Numbered from the stretch's first letter, positions 8,755-18,442 are shown. The stretch is 64,000 bases of DNA from Lentisphaerota bacterium (GCA_015061815.1 SUVW01000008.1:11514-75513), one strand, 5' to 3'. Notes: a model not told the origin generated them from the letters alone. Made by a program: numbers and translations.

Positions 8755-11241
8755 TTACTTTTGTTCTTCTTTTTCAAAATAAGGCCGCAAGGCGATGTAA
8801 TTCAGAACATTCATCTCGCCCGGAGCAGCTTTAGCATCAGAGAAGGTAACTGTAAGTTCATCATCCAATGCCCGGAAAATGATTTTTTCAGTGTTGCAGA
8901 TCGGGCCGGGAGTCGTGCGGGGATTGCCATTAAAATGGGTCTTTTGCACAATTTCCGCGTCACTCAACGATACTGAAATCGGAATACGCCGCCAATCAGG
9001 ACGGTCGGCAACGATGGAATCCATATCTGCTGTGTAAAAGTAGAGCGTATAAAGTTTGCCCTTTTTCAACCCTTTGGCAGTCTGGGAAAGAGTATTGACT
9101 TTGCCCTCTTTGCGGGTAAATACCGCAAACCTGTCACCGGCATCCGAAGAAGCCGCCCACAGCCGCAAAGAGTTGCCGCCGTAACCGGGGAAACTGTCAA
9201 CAGCAATATTTCCGGAAACTTTCCACTTATTCAAGCCGTCAGTGAAATCACAGTTTTCCAGATGGCCCGGAGCAAGTTTGAAGCCGTATTTGTCAGAAAG
9301 CATATCCTTTCTGCCCTCAAAGACATAGTGGCGCATCAATGCAAATGACCAGCGCTGCAACTCTTCATCACAGGCGTATGAACCCCACCAGCCGACTTTG
9401 CCGATGCCGGCAAATGCCGGATCATTGGCCACCGCATTCATCTGCATATCCAGAAACACTTTGTAGTCCTGATAGGGGAAGTGTGCCAGCGTGATTCGCG
9501 GATAAAGCGAGAAGTTACCCAGCAATACCCCCGCTTTGTGGTACAATGCCGGGGCGACCTCTTTGAAAATCCACTGGTGCTGCTTGAGCTGATCGATCGT
9601 CGCATGGGTCTCTTCCTCGTTTTTCTGGCTGCGCAGATAATACTCAATGGCCAGATAACCCTGCTTGCCTGATGCATTGGCACAGGTGGCCAGGAAATTC
9701 AATGCTGCCGGAGTGATCGGACCGGTCATATAGGTGACGATCGCTTTACCGGTCGGGTTGGTATATTTTTTCAGTGCATAGGCCAGCGGATCAAGCAGCG
9801 GCGGATAAAAACATTCGGCCTCATCAAGTGTCATTCCGCAGTTGCGTTTACCGGGGATTTTGGATTTATCAAGCATATTGAAAATTGCCTCATGGGTATT
9901 CCCGGACTTCATATCCAAAATTCCCTGATCTTCCAGCAAAACCATACCGTGCTTTCTCATTTCCGCATACTGGGCATCAGAGAAACGGCCGGCAGTAAAA
10001 GTAGTAACACCGCCATTGACATATTTTTTGTGAAATGTCCAGTTATAGTAACCATTTCCCGGCGCATACGCATGACTGGGACCACCGAAATTGAGGACAT
10101 CAGGAATCAGACGGACAGTCAATGTGCCATCCACATCAGCTTTAAGCGTATATTTTCCGATATCAAGCTGACGGATCACCTCATTTCTCGGGAAGCTCTG
10201 GTCAAAAAGTTCCCCGCCATTCATTTTGACGGAGAATTTCCCCGCTTTGGCCGGCTTGAAGCGGATAAGCATAAAACCGTAACGGGGATTGACAGCGGTA
10301 AATTCTTCACCGGCTTTGAGTTTTTCAGAACCAAGTTCAAGCGTAAGATTATTAAGCTGTCTGGCATTTTTCACTTCCGGTACAGCAACGGTGCAAACTG
10401 CAAAACTCTCTTCCTGCAGCACTTTCCCGGAAGCACGGCTGATCAGTTTCACCGTCATGCGGCTTTCACCATCAGGGATCACACCGGAAACATCGACCTG
10501 GAAACGTCCCATCCGGAAAGGAACTTTTTTCTTTTTCCCGTTGACATCAAAGGATAATTCGACATCCGTCCCATCCGGATCACCGGGAAAAGTCCCGACC
10601 CATGCAAACTCCAAAACCGGTCTACCCTGCGGAATTTCCGCAAGTGCGCAAACCGGCACCAGATGCGGTTCGAAAGAATCCATCGCACTTTTCGAAAAAC
10701 GTTTGGCTTTTTCACTGACAGCTTCCAACCGGATATCGGCGATATCCATTTCGCCGCCGCCACGTTTCACCATGATATCAACGGTATAAAATTTGTAATT
10801 TTCATCCTCCACCGCCGGAGCGATGGTGATTATTTTTTCCACTTTGCGCCAATCAGACAAATTTTCCGGCAGACCATACAAGCTGTTGGTTTTGTCAAAT
10901 TTTGCCCAGGGGCCGGTGCCGACTGCGATACCGGACTCTTTGTTTTTCAGATTACGGGTACGGAAATAAGCACTGACCAGATATTTTTCTCCGCGAACCA
11001 ATGTCAGATTGTTCTGCTTCAATGCCAGAGCATCTCCCCGGCTGATGATCCGGATGAATGGTTTGTTGTCCGGGCCGCCGGTCGGATGATACTCATACTT
11101 GCCGCCGGTGGAGTTGACATAGGTCCAACATGAGGGAAACTTTCCGCTGTCAGAGCACAAAGAACCATTCATCACCAGATTCTCTGCTGCCCCGCTGGAC
11201 ATAGCCGCTGCCAATAAAGCGGCTGCCGTCGATTTTTTCAT
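8755..11241 (-). CDS. large exported protein, CBM-like N- and C-terminal domains flanking an uncharacterised central domain
   Basis: Start trimmed to MKKSTAAALLAAAMSSGAAENLVMNG (ATG 11241-11239, AAGGAG upstream, ATGA overlap with the upstream stop). NL..NG..W and HLENCDFTDGLNKW are CBM4/9/galactose-binding-like openings. Confidence 0.75.
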   Translation of the reverse strand: MKKSTAAALLAAAMSSGAAENLVMNGSLCSDSGKFPSCWTYVNSTGGKYEYHPTGGPDNKPFIRIISRGDALALKQNNLTLVRGEKYLVSAYFRTRNLKNKESGIAVGTGPWAKFDKTNSLYGLPENLSDWRKVEKIITIAPAVEDENYKFYTVDIMVKRGGGEMDIADIRLEAVSEKAKRFSKSAMDSFEPHLVPVCALAEIPQGRPVLEFAWVGTFPGDPDGTDVELSFDVNGKKKKVPFRMGRFQVDVSGVIPDGESRMTVKLISRASGKVLQEESFAVCTVAVPEVKNARQLNNLTLELGSEKLKAGEEFTAVNPRYGFMLIRFKPAKAGKFSVKMNGGELFDQSFPRNEVIRQLDIGKYTLKADVDGTLTVRLIPDVLNFGGPSHAYAPGNGYYNWTFHKKYVNGGVTTFTAGRFSDAQYAEMRKHGMVLLEDQGILDMKSGNTHEAIFNMLDKSKIPGKRNCGMTLDEAECFYPPLLDPLAYALKKYTNPTGKAIVTYMTGPITPAALNFLATCANASGKQGYLAIEYYLRSQKNEEETHATIDQLKQHQWIFKEVAPALYHKAGVLLGNFSLYPRITLAHFPYQDYKVFLDMQMNAVANDPAFAGIGKVGWWGSYACDEELQRWSFALMRHYVFEGRKDMLSDKYGFKLAPGHLENCDFTDGLNKWKVSGNIAVDSFPGYGGNSLRLWAASSDAGDRFAVFTRKEGKVNTLSQTAKGLKKGKLYTLYFYTADMDSIVADRPDWRRIPISVSLSDAEIVQKTHFNGNPRTTPGPICNTEKIIFRALDDELTVTFSDAKAAPGEMNVLNYIALRPYFEKEEQK

Positions 11242-12569
11242 AACGTTTTCTCCTTTCGAAAATATGGGGTTACGCAAATACCATTTAATACTGTTTCTTC
11301 TCCGGGAAGTGCCTTACGGTTGTCAAAGATCAATTTTATTTCCGGAGAATTTGCCTTGAATATCACCTTCGTGGTGTTGATCCGCACTTTTTGAGATGTT
11401 GCACTGCTGCCGGCTTTCGTGCGGTCAACCACCCGGGTATTTTTCAAAATTTCCGCATTTTCCAAAGTATATGAGATCGGCTGGCGTTTGGGATTATGGA
11501 GATTTTCCTGCAAATCTTTATAATTGGCGGTAAAAAATGTCATAGAATAGACATTGCCGGGAACAAAACCGGTCATAACCTGGGAAAGTTCACCGTATTC
11601 ATTCTCTTCTCGGCTGAATACCGCAACTTTGTCCCCCACCCCGGCCGGAGCCCCGTAACGGTGCTGCACCTTGCTGCCCAAGCCTTTGATATCACCGCTG
11701 CGTACCAGAGCATTGGCTTCCCATCCGGCAAGTGCCTCTTCAAAATCCGGATTCTGAAGCAGTCCCGGAATATAAGTAAAGCCATATTTTTCACACAGCC
11801 AATCACTCCTTCCCTCGATGGCATAGTGGCGAAAAAGAGCAAATCCCCAACGCACCGCTTCTTCGGTGGCATGATGAATACCCCAGAAACCTATACCGCT
11901 CAACCCGTCAAATTCCTTATCCATCGCCAGTGAACGGATCTGCATTTCCAGAAAATATTTGTAATCGACATGGGGGTGGATATTCAGAGAAATAGACGGA
12001 CTGTCATTGAATAAACCGAGTATGATACTGAAGTTGTTGCGGAACGCCTGTTCCCCGAGGATCTTTCTGGTGACATTCGCCCCCTGCCGGACATTTTCCC
12101 AATACAATGCCGCTTCTTCTTCGCTGCGCTGGGTATGTTTGTAAATCTCATGCAGCAGACGGCCGCGTCCGCGAGAGCTGTTTATCACTGCTGAAAAACA
12201 GTTGGAATTGGCCGGAACCGGCCCTCCGGTCATCCAAACATGAATTATTCTGTCATGAGGATTTTTATAATTGCGCAATGCCCAGGCAAAACGATCCAGA
12301 TTCCCTATTTCACCCAAAGTCAACTCGTCCAGAGACACTCCGTCGCAAGGACCGCGCCAATTGAAGTTGTATTTATTGAAGTCCGCGAGCATACCGTCGC
12401 GATTTTTGGCCCGGATACCGCAATTATTGAACCATTGCAGCCCCATAGAGTGCATTTCTGCCACATCGGCAGCAGTAGGAATACCGGCACTGATGGTGGT
12501 AACAGCCGGCAGCATGAATTTTTTGGCAAAAAGCCAGTTGAACCGGCCGTTTCCGGGCCAGTCATTCAA
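11238..12569 (-). CDS. C-terminal half of a split paralogue of the 828-aa exported protein (likely pseudogene fragment)
   Basis: Collinear with residues from about 400 to the end of 8755..11241 (NG..NW, central domain, C-terminal CBM-like domain, L N . I . . . P Y F end). The only start is a TTG with no SD. The frame stays open upstream as far as the palindrome at 12620-12652. Confidence 0.6.
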   Translation of the reverse strand: MNDWPGNGRFNWLFAKKFMLPAVTTISAGIPTAADVAEMHSMGLQWFNNCGIRAKNRDGMLADFNKYNFNWRGPCDGVSLDELTLGEIGNLDRFAWALRNYKNPHDRIIHVWMTGGPVPANSNCFSAVINSSRGRGRLLHEIYKHTQRSEEEAALYWENVRQGANVTRKILGEQAFRNNFSIILGLFNDSPSISLNIHPHVDYKYFLEMQIRSLAMDKEFDGLSGIGFWGIHHATEEAVRWGFALFRHYAIEGRSDWLCEKYGFTYIPGLLQNPDFEEALAGWEANALVRSGDIKGLGSKVQHRYGAPAGVGDKVAVFSREENEYGELSQVMTGFVPGNVYSMTFFTANYKDLQENLHNPKRQPISYTLENAEILKNTRVVDRTKAGSSATSQKVRINTTKVIFKANSPEIKLIFDNRKALPGEETVLNGICVTPYFRKEKTL

Positions 12570-12598
12570 ACCGATCGGAAATACAAATATTTCCGGAA

Positions 12599-13756
12599 TC
12601 AGACGAAGAATGAATTTTCCCGGAGTACCCGGACTTGTTCCGGGTACTCCGGCATGCCGGAGTTTTCAAAAATTAAATCCTGCTCTTCGCAAAAGCGAAC
12701 CGTTTCGCGCCGGAGTGTACGATGGTCGATCACGGTTTTCCCATTGAGCTTGATCGCAAACTCTGCCGCCGGATCATCCGGAATAAACCGGCAGAATATC
12801 CAACCGCGCCGGGGATTTTTCACAATCATCTTTCCCGGCATCGGTCCATTGAAAAGTTCCGTCACCAAATTATTCAACCTGACAGCATTTTCCGCCGCCG
12901 GATAATCGACAAATTCAAACGCATACTCTGCCGACAAATATTCCCTGCCGGTATTTTTATCCTGCAATGCCATCTGCAACGTCCCGCTTTTACTGCCGAA
13001 TTCCCCCATATCGACCATCACGGCCCGATCGGATATCGGCAGACGGAGCGCACGGCGCGGATTTTCCTTTACGTAAAAAACCGCCTGCAGCTCCTTTTCC
13101 GGCAGCGGAAATTTCCCGGAATACTGAAATCTTACGGTTTTCGCAGCTGCAGTCAATGCATGCATATTGGCCATCGGCACCAATGCTTGTGCGGCATGTT
13201 CCATTATATCTGATGATTTACTATCCTCTGCCAACGGTTCAATGGATGCCCGGGCAATATCCACTGTCCCCGGACCATTTTTCAATTGGAATGAAAGATA
13301 ATTACCGCCGTTTGTAGAGGTGAATATCTGTTCAAATTTGACCCATTTGCCGACTTCACCTTTCAACGGCAGATAATGTTTATCCGGCAGGCAGAGAATA
13401 ACGATCTGCGCTTCAGAATCAGGTGACTTATCTTTGATCCGGAAAAAGCAGGTGATTTTGAACTTCTCATTTTTCGGCATCCCGCAATACAACTGCGAGC
13501 AGGAAACACTGCCGCTCAAACTTTTCAGCCGGATAAAAGGTCCGCCATCCGGCCCTCCGGAAGAGTAAGGCACGACAGCAGCACCGGAGTCACTGCCGGA
13601 CTTCCAATGCAGCAAACCGTCTGAAAAACTCCCATTCTGCAAAATATTTCTGCCATATACCGGAAGCATGAAAAAAGAAAGCGTCAAACAGCTGAAAAAA
13701 CATTTGACACCAAAAGAATTGCACGATTTGAGAAAGTGATTTTTCATAAAAAACAT
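12599..13756 (-). CDS. N-terminal half of the split paralogue (signal peptide + CBM-like domain)
   Basis: It has a signal peptide followed by NILQNGSFSDGLLHW. Blocks GGPD..PFIR, VDIA, RLNNLVTEL and NPRRG...RF are shared with the 828-aa paralogue. It terminates 24 codons after the frame junction. Confidence 0.6.
   Translation of the reverse strand: MFFMKNHFLKSCNSFGVKCFFSCLTLSFFMLPVYGRNILQNGSFSDGLLHWKSGSDSGAAVVPYSSGGPDGGPFIRLKSLSGSVSCSQLYCGMPKNEKFKITCFFRIKDKSPDSEAQIVILCLPDKHYLPLKGEVGKWVKFEQIFTSTNGGNYLSFQLKNGPGTVDIARASIEPLAEDSKSSDIMEHAAQALVPMANMHALTAAAKTVRFQYSGKFPLPEKELQAVFYVKENPRRALRLPISDRAVMVDMGEFGSKSGTLQMALQDKNTGREYLSAEYAFEFVDYPAAENAVRLNNLVTELFNGPMPGKMIVKNPRRGWIFCRFIPDDPAAEFAIKLNGKTVIDHRTLRRETVRFCEEQDLIFENSGMPEYPEQVRVLRENSFFV
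12620..12652. repeat. perfect palindrome, 14-bp arms and 5-nt loop, at the junction of the split gene
   Basis: CCGGAGTACCCGGA-CTTGT-TCCGGGTACTCCGG, read directly from the sequence. The equivalent site of the intact paralogue has no counterpart. Confidence 0.9.
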
Positions 13757-13886
13757 ACCCTACGGAAATTCTATCACAACTGTTAAAATAGCACCGCAAA
13801 TATCAATTTACAAACGATTCGGCAAAAAAAAAGTGATTTTTTACATTCTTTAATGCTTTTTGACATTTTTGCCGGAACACGGTTGT

Positions 13887-15920
13887 TTACTGTGCTTTGC
13901 CGGAGGCAAGCATCTTGATTTTGTCCCGCAAATCGGCTGCACGTTCAAATTCCAATGCTTCAGCAGCGGCCAGCATCTCTCCGGTCAATTCTGCAATCAA
14001 CGCCGCCATTTCCTTTTTATCAACTGCCAATTTATCAAAATTCACTGCAGATCCGCTGCCGTCATCCAGCATACTGCAGGCAAAATCCGGCATTTTATGA
14101 CGCTTATTTTTCGGTTTGCTGCCGATAATTTCGCTGATAGTCTGCCGTTTTTCCTTAATGACCGTTTGCGGAATTATCCCGTGTGCCTCATTATACGCCT
14201 GCTGTTTTTTGCGCCGCCGTTCCGTTTCATCGATCAATCCCCGCATCGCCGGAGTTACCGTATCACCATAAAGAATGACCCGGCCGTTGCGATTACGCGC
14301 CGCCCGTCCGGCAGTCTGCACCAACGCCCTTTCAGAACGCAGAAATCCGACTTTATCCGCGTCAAGAATTGCCACCAACGCCACTTCCGGCAAGTCGATA
14401 CCCTCACGCAGAAGATTTATTCCGATGACACATTCAAAATCCCCGTCGCGCAGTTTATTCAATATCCTGACCCGTTCCAGAGCGTCAAGTTCAGAATGCA
14501 GATAACTGGTTTTCACTCCGATGTCCGTCAAATATTCCGCCAGCCGTTCAGCATTCTTTTTGGTAAGAGTAGTAACAAGAGTCCTTTCATTGCCGGCGGA
14601 AACTTTGCGGATCTCCCCAATTACATCATCCAGCTGTCCTTCCAGCGGGCGGACTTCGATCGCCGGATCAAGCAATCCGGTCGGCCGGACGATCAATTCC
14701 ACCTTTTCCCCGCCGCTGCGCTCCAATTCCATTTCTCCCGGAGTTGCAGAAACATAAATCGTCTGTCCGGTAAGTCCATCAAACTCATCAAATCTCAACG
14801 GCCGGTTCTCCAGAGCCGACGGCAACCGGAATCCGTGATCGATCAAGGTTTGTTTCCGCTGGCGGTCAGCTTTGTACATCGCCTGCACCTGCGGTAAAGT
14901 AACGTGTGATTCATCCACGATCGTTAAAAAATCATCCCGGAAAAAATCAAAAAGACAGTATGGCCGCATCCCCGGCTGCCGATTGGATAAATGCATGGTA
15001 TAATTTTCGATCCCGCTGCAATATCCCAGCTCTTTCATCATATCCAAATCATATTCGACCCGTTGATTCAAACGCTGCGCCTCAACCAGCAAACCTTTGG
15101 ATTCAAACCACTTTACCCGTTCATACATCTCCTGACGGATGGATTCTGCGGCCGAAGCGATCCGATCCGGCGGCATAACAAAGTGTTTACAGGGGAAAAG
15201 AGTTCCTTCCGGAAGGACTGATTTGAGTTTTCCGGTCAATGCATCGCGCCTTTCCATCCGTTCAATGCTGTCATCGAAAAAACTGATACGGATAAAGTCA
15301 TCGCGCTGCGGCTCAAAAACATCCACCACATCCCCCCGCACCCGGAACTCCCCCTTGCCGGGAGATGTATCATTGCGGGTATATTGGATCTCGATCAATC
15401 GCCGCAACAGCTCATCCCGGTCGATAGTATCACCGGAATCCAGCCGGACACACATTTCAGTAAACTCTTCCGGCGCGCCCAAACTGTAAATACATGATAC
15501 ACTGGCAACGATAATAACATCGCGCCTTTCAACCAGACTGGCAGTGGCAGACAGACGGAGTTTTTCAATATCTTCATTGATCGATGCATCTTTGGCGATA
15601 TAAGTATCCGTTTGCGGAATATATGATTCCGGCAGATAATAATCATAATAACTGATAAAATATTCCACCGCATTTTCAGGGAAAAAACTTTTGAATTCAC
15701 TGTATAATTGTGCTGCCAGTGTCTTATTATGCGACAACACCAGTACCGGACGGTTTTCTTTGGCAATCGCCTGGGCCATTACAAAAGTCTTGCCGGAACC
15801 GGTCACTCCCTGAAGCGTTTGAAAACGTTTGCCTTCCGCGAGATTTTTCCGGAGCAGACGGATAGCTTCGGGTTGATCCCCGGAAGGTTCAAAAGGTGCA
15901 TGCAGTTTGAATATTCCCAT
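13887..15920 (-). CDS. uvrB: excinuclease ABC subunit B
   Basis: N-terminus FKLHAPFEPSGDQPEAI, Walker A GVTGSGKT, helicase motifs, and the C-terminal UVR domain (AAEALEFERAADLRDKI). Confidence 0.95.
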   Translation of the reverse strand: MGIFKLHAPFEPSGDQPEAIRLLRKNLAEGKRFQTLQGVTGSGKTFVMAQAIAKENRPVLVLSHNKTLAAQLYSEFKSFFPENAVEYFISYYDYYLPESYIPQTDTYIAKDASINEDIEKLRLSATASLVERRDVIIVASVSCIYSLGAPEEFTEMCVRLDSGDTIDRDELLRRLIEIQYTRNDTSPGKGEFRVRGDVVDVFEPQRDDFIRISFFDDSIERMERRDALTGKLKSVLPEGTLFPCKHFVMPPDRIASAAESIRQEMYERVKWFESKGLLVEAQRLNQRVEYDLDMMKELGYCSGIENYTMHLSNRQPGMRPYCLFDFFRDDFLTIVDESHVTLPQVQAMYKADRQRKQTLIDHGFRLPSALENRPLRFDEFDGLTGQTIYVSATPGEMELERSGGEKVELIVRPTGLLDPAIEVRPLEGQLDDVIGEIRKVSAGNERTLVTTLTKKNAERLAEYLTDIGVKTSYLHSELDALERVRILNKLRDGDFECVIGINLLREGIDLPEVALVAILDADKVGFLRSERALVQTAGRAARNRNGRVILYGDTVTPAMRGLIDETERRRKKQQAYNEAHGIIPQTVIKEKRQTISEIIGSKPKNKRHKMPDFACSMLDDGSGSAVNFDKLAVDKKEMAALIAELTGEMLAAAEALEFERAADLRDKIKMLASGKAQ

Positions 15921-15944
15921 ACTCTGCCGATCTGACCTGTTTTT

Positions 15945-17369
15945 TCAGAAACGGAAATCCCGTTTTCCCTCTTCAATATCATGCAGATTCTGCCTGGCTA
16001 TAGAACGGACTTTTTCGTTGGGAACATTATTCAGTTCCTCTTCGATCATCCGGTTGCCGATCTCCCGGGTATCCGCAGAAGCATAATCTTCCATATATTC
16101 TTTGAGCGTCATCAATGCATTGGGGTGGCAGCAGTTGGCGATTTGACCGGATTTCACCAGACTCATAAACCGGTCACCGGTGCGGCCTTCACGGTAACAT
16201 GCTGTACAGAAACTTGGAATATGCCCCTGCTCCAGCAGCCATTTGATCACCTCATCCAACGTCCGCAGGTCGCTGACATCGAACTGGGCTGTTTCATCAT
16301 GCCGCGCTTCAGTGGTGTAACCGCCGACACTGGTACGGGAACCGCCGGAAATCTGACTGACCCCTACTTTCAGCACCCGTTCCCGTGCCGCTTTGGATTC
16401 CCGGGTGGAAACGATAATGCCGGTATACGGCACTGCTATCCGGAGAACCGCCACAAGTTTTTCAAACATATCATCCGAAATTGCATTGCTGAATTTTGCA
16501 GCATCAATATCATCGGCCGGCCGGATACGCGGCACGCTTATGGTATGAGGTCCGACCCCTTTGAATGCTTCCAGATGTTCCGCATGCATCAACTGCCCGA
16601 CAAAATCATAACGGTAAGTACTCAAACCGTACAACACACCGCAGCCGACATCATCGATCCCGCCATCCATTGCCCGATCCATAGCTTCTGTATGCCACGC
16701 ATAATCATGCTTCGGCCCGGCCGGATGCAATGCTTCATAATTTTTCTTATTATAAGTTTCCTGAAACAGGATATAGGTCCCGATCCCGGCATCTTTCAAC
16801 TTGCGGTAATTTTCCACTGTTGTCGCGGCAATATTGACATTGACCCGGCGGATCGCGCCATTCTTATGTTTTATGGAGTAAATGGTTTTGATACTGTCCA
16901 AAATGTATTCGATCGGATTGTTGACCGGATCTTCGCCGGTTTCCAGAGCCAGACGTTTATGTCCCATATCCTGCAAGGCTATAACTTCATTGCGGATCTC
17001 ATCCTGGGTAAGTTTTTTCCGGGGGATCGTGCGGTTCTGCACATGATAAGGACAATAGACACAACTGTTTATACAGTAATTAGATAAATAAAGCGGAGCA
17101 AACATCACGATCCGGTTTCCGTAAAATTTGCGTTTGATCTCCATTGCCAGCTGCAGGATCTCTTTATTTTTATCCTCCAACTCACAATCCAGCAGAACCA
17201 GTGCTTTGCGGTGATCCAAACCCTTGAAGGTCCGGGCTTCTGTCAATATTTCATTGATCAATGCGGCATTGTTTTTATTTTCTGCGGCATATTGCAACGT
17301 TGCCTGTATTTCACCGTCATTGATAAAATCGACCGCATTCGGAGACATCACATCATACATAAAATCCAC
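15945..17369 (-). CDS. hydG: [FeFe]-hydrogenase maturase HydG-like radical SAM tyrosine lyase
   Basis: 474 aa. CINSCVYCPY is a CX3CX2C motif. The C-terminal CTAC-X21/22-C(C) auxiliary cluster motif distinguishes HydG from the shorter ThiH. Confidence 0.75.
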   Translation of the reverse strand: MDFMYDVMSPNAVDFINDGEIQATLQYAAENKNNAALINEILTEARTFKGLDHRKALVLLDCELEDKNKEILQLAMEIKRKFYGNRIVMFAPLYLSNYCINSCVYCPYHVQNRTIPRKKLTQDEIRNEVIALQDMGHKRLALETGEDPVNNPIEYILDSIKTIYSIKHKNGAIRRVNVNIAATTVENYRKLKDAGIGTYILFQETYNKKNYEALHPAGPKHDYAWHTEAMDRAMDGGIDDVGCGVLYGLSTYRYDFVGQLMHAEHLEAFKGVGPHTISVPRIRPADDIDAAKFSNAISDDMFEKLVAVLRIAVPYTGIIVSTRESKAARERVLKVGVSQISGGSRTSVGGYTTEARHDETAQFDVSDLRTLDEVIKWLLEQGHIPSFCTACYREGRTGDRFMSLVKSGQIANCCHPNALMTLKEYMEDYASADTREIGNRMIEEELNNVPNEKVRSIARQNLHDIEEGKRDFRF

Positions 17370-17641
17370 CTCAAAATTATATTGATATTATACAATTTTC
17401 CAAAAAAAGGGGGATGTGACAACGCACTGTCAGCCGCGATCGGCAGCAGTAAAAATTTTTGCATCATCCCCGGCATCAGGTTTTTCCCTTTTGCTTCGGA
17501 AGCACGCAACTAATATACACCCTGAAAACATTTTTTCAAGCACAACAAATCAACGTTGACCTGGTATTGTACTGCATTCTGCTATAAATGAATGATTCCG
17601 GAACAGCCGGAAAGCTCCGTACTGTTCCAGGGATATCAACT

Positions 17642-18388
17642 TCATGCATTTTCCAGCATTTGACGGTGCAGCCGTTTCAGGGCCTGATTCTGGATCTGCC
17701 GCACTCTTTCACTGGTACAATTCAACAAATTGCCGACATCTTCCAGAGTCATCACCGGAGAACCATCCATTCCGAAACGCAGTTTCAAAACCTGTTTCTC
17801 CTTTGGCGGCAAACCGTCCAGCAGCTGCAGCAATTGATCCAGATCTTCAACTTTTATCAGTTCCTTATCCGGAGTATTGCTGCTCTCATCGGCAAAAAAA
17901 TCCTGCAGCTCGACCCCGTCAGAATCATCCGCACCGACCAATTCATTGAGCGATTGCATATCCACCTGCCGGGTGTCGCGCAGCCGTTCTACGGTAGCCA
18001 TTGACACATTGGCATCAGCTGCCACCTCTTCATTGGTGGGATTCCGGTCAAGTTCCAGTTTCAATTTGCGGACAGACCGCTTGATCCGCCGTGAATTCAA
18101 CTGGGTTCCGACCGGCACCCGGATAGTCAGAGTCTGTTCCGCCAGTGCCTGCCGGATAGCCTGTTTGATCCACCATGCACTGTACGTACTGAATTTTGCT
18201 CCCAAATCCGGATTGAAACGGTGCGCCGCGATGACTAATCCCCGGTTCCCCTCGGAAACCAGATCATCCCAGGGCAATCCCCGGCCCAGGAAATCATTGG
18301 CGATCTTCAAGACCAGCCGCATGTTGTCCTGGATCAGGGCATCCGCTTCAAGGTTGCGACGATTATTCTCCTCTTGCTCCATCGTCAC
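17642..18388 (-). CDS. RNA polymerase sigma factor, sigma-70 family (regions 2-4 only)
   Basis: Region 2 is DLVSEGNRGLVIAAHRFNP..FSTYSAWWIKQAIRQAL. Region 4.2 is TLEDVGNLLNCTSERVRQIQNQALKRL. 248 aa with no region 1. Confidence 0.85.
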   Translation of the reverse strand: MTMEQEENNRRNLEADALIQDNMRLVLKIANDFLGRGLPWDDLVSEGNRGLVIAAHRFNPDLGAKFSTYSAWWIKQAIRQALAEQTLTIRVPVGTQLNSRRIKRSVRKLKLELDRNPTNEEVAADANVSMATVERLRDTRQVDMQSLNELVGADDSDGVELQDFFADESSNTPDKELIKVEDLDQLLQLLDGLPPKEKQVLKLRFGMDGSPVMTLEDVGNLLNCTSERVRQIQNQALKRLHRQMLENA

Positions 18389-18442
18389 TCTCCTCTTCTT
18401 TATGTTAGCCGGGCCCCGCTTATACAGCGGGGGCTTCCCCGG

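Noticed and set aside
12599-12670. Programmed -1 ribosomal frameshift using the 14-bp-arm hairpin to fuse the two halves of the split gene.
   Set aside because: The required shift is -1, but I found no X XXY YYZ slippery heptamer in the short window where both frames are open. The hairpin is not positioned 5-9 nt downstream of any candidate slip site. An insertion or pseudogene explanation is simpler.
13860-14897. 345-aa plus-strand ORF inside uvrB. Similar long antisense ORFs occur at 15981-17087 (in hydG), 19286-20440 (in purL), 22932-23807 (in serA), 28720-29769 (in glyQS), 42499-43467 (in prfB), 52491-53393 (in gspE) and 62886-63896 (in rsmH).
   Set aside because: Each lies antisense to a gene with unambiguous conserved motifs. 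Their translations are rich in R/F/I/C/H/Q with no recognisable domains, and they lack SD sequences. They are typical shadow ORFs.
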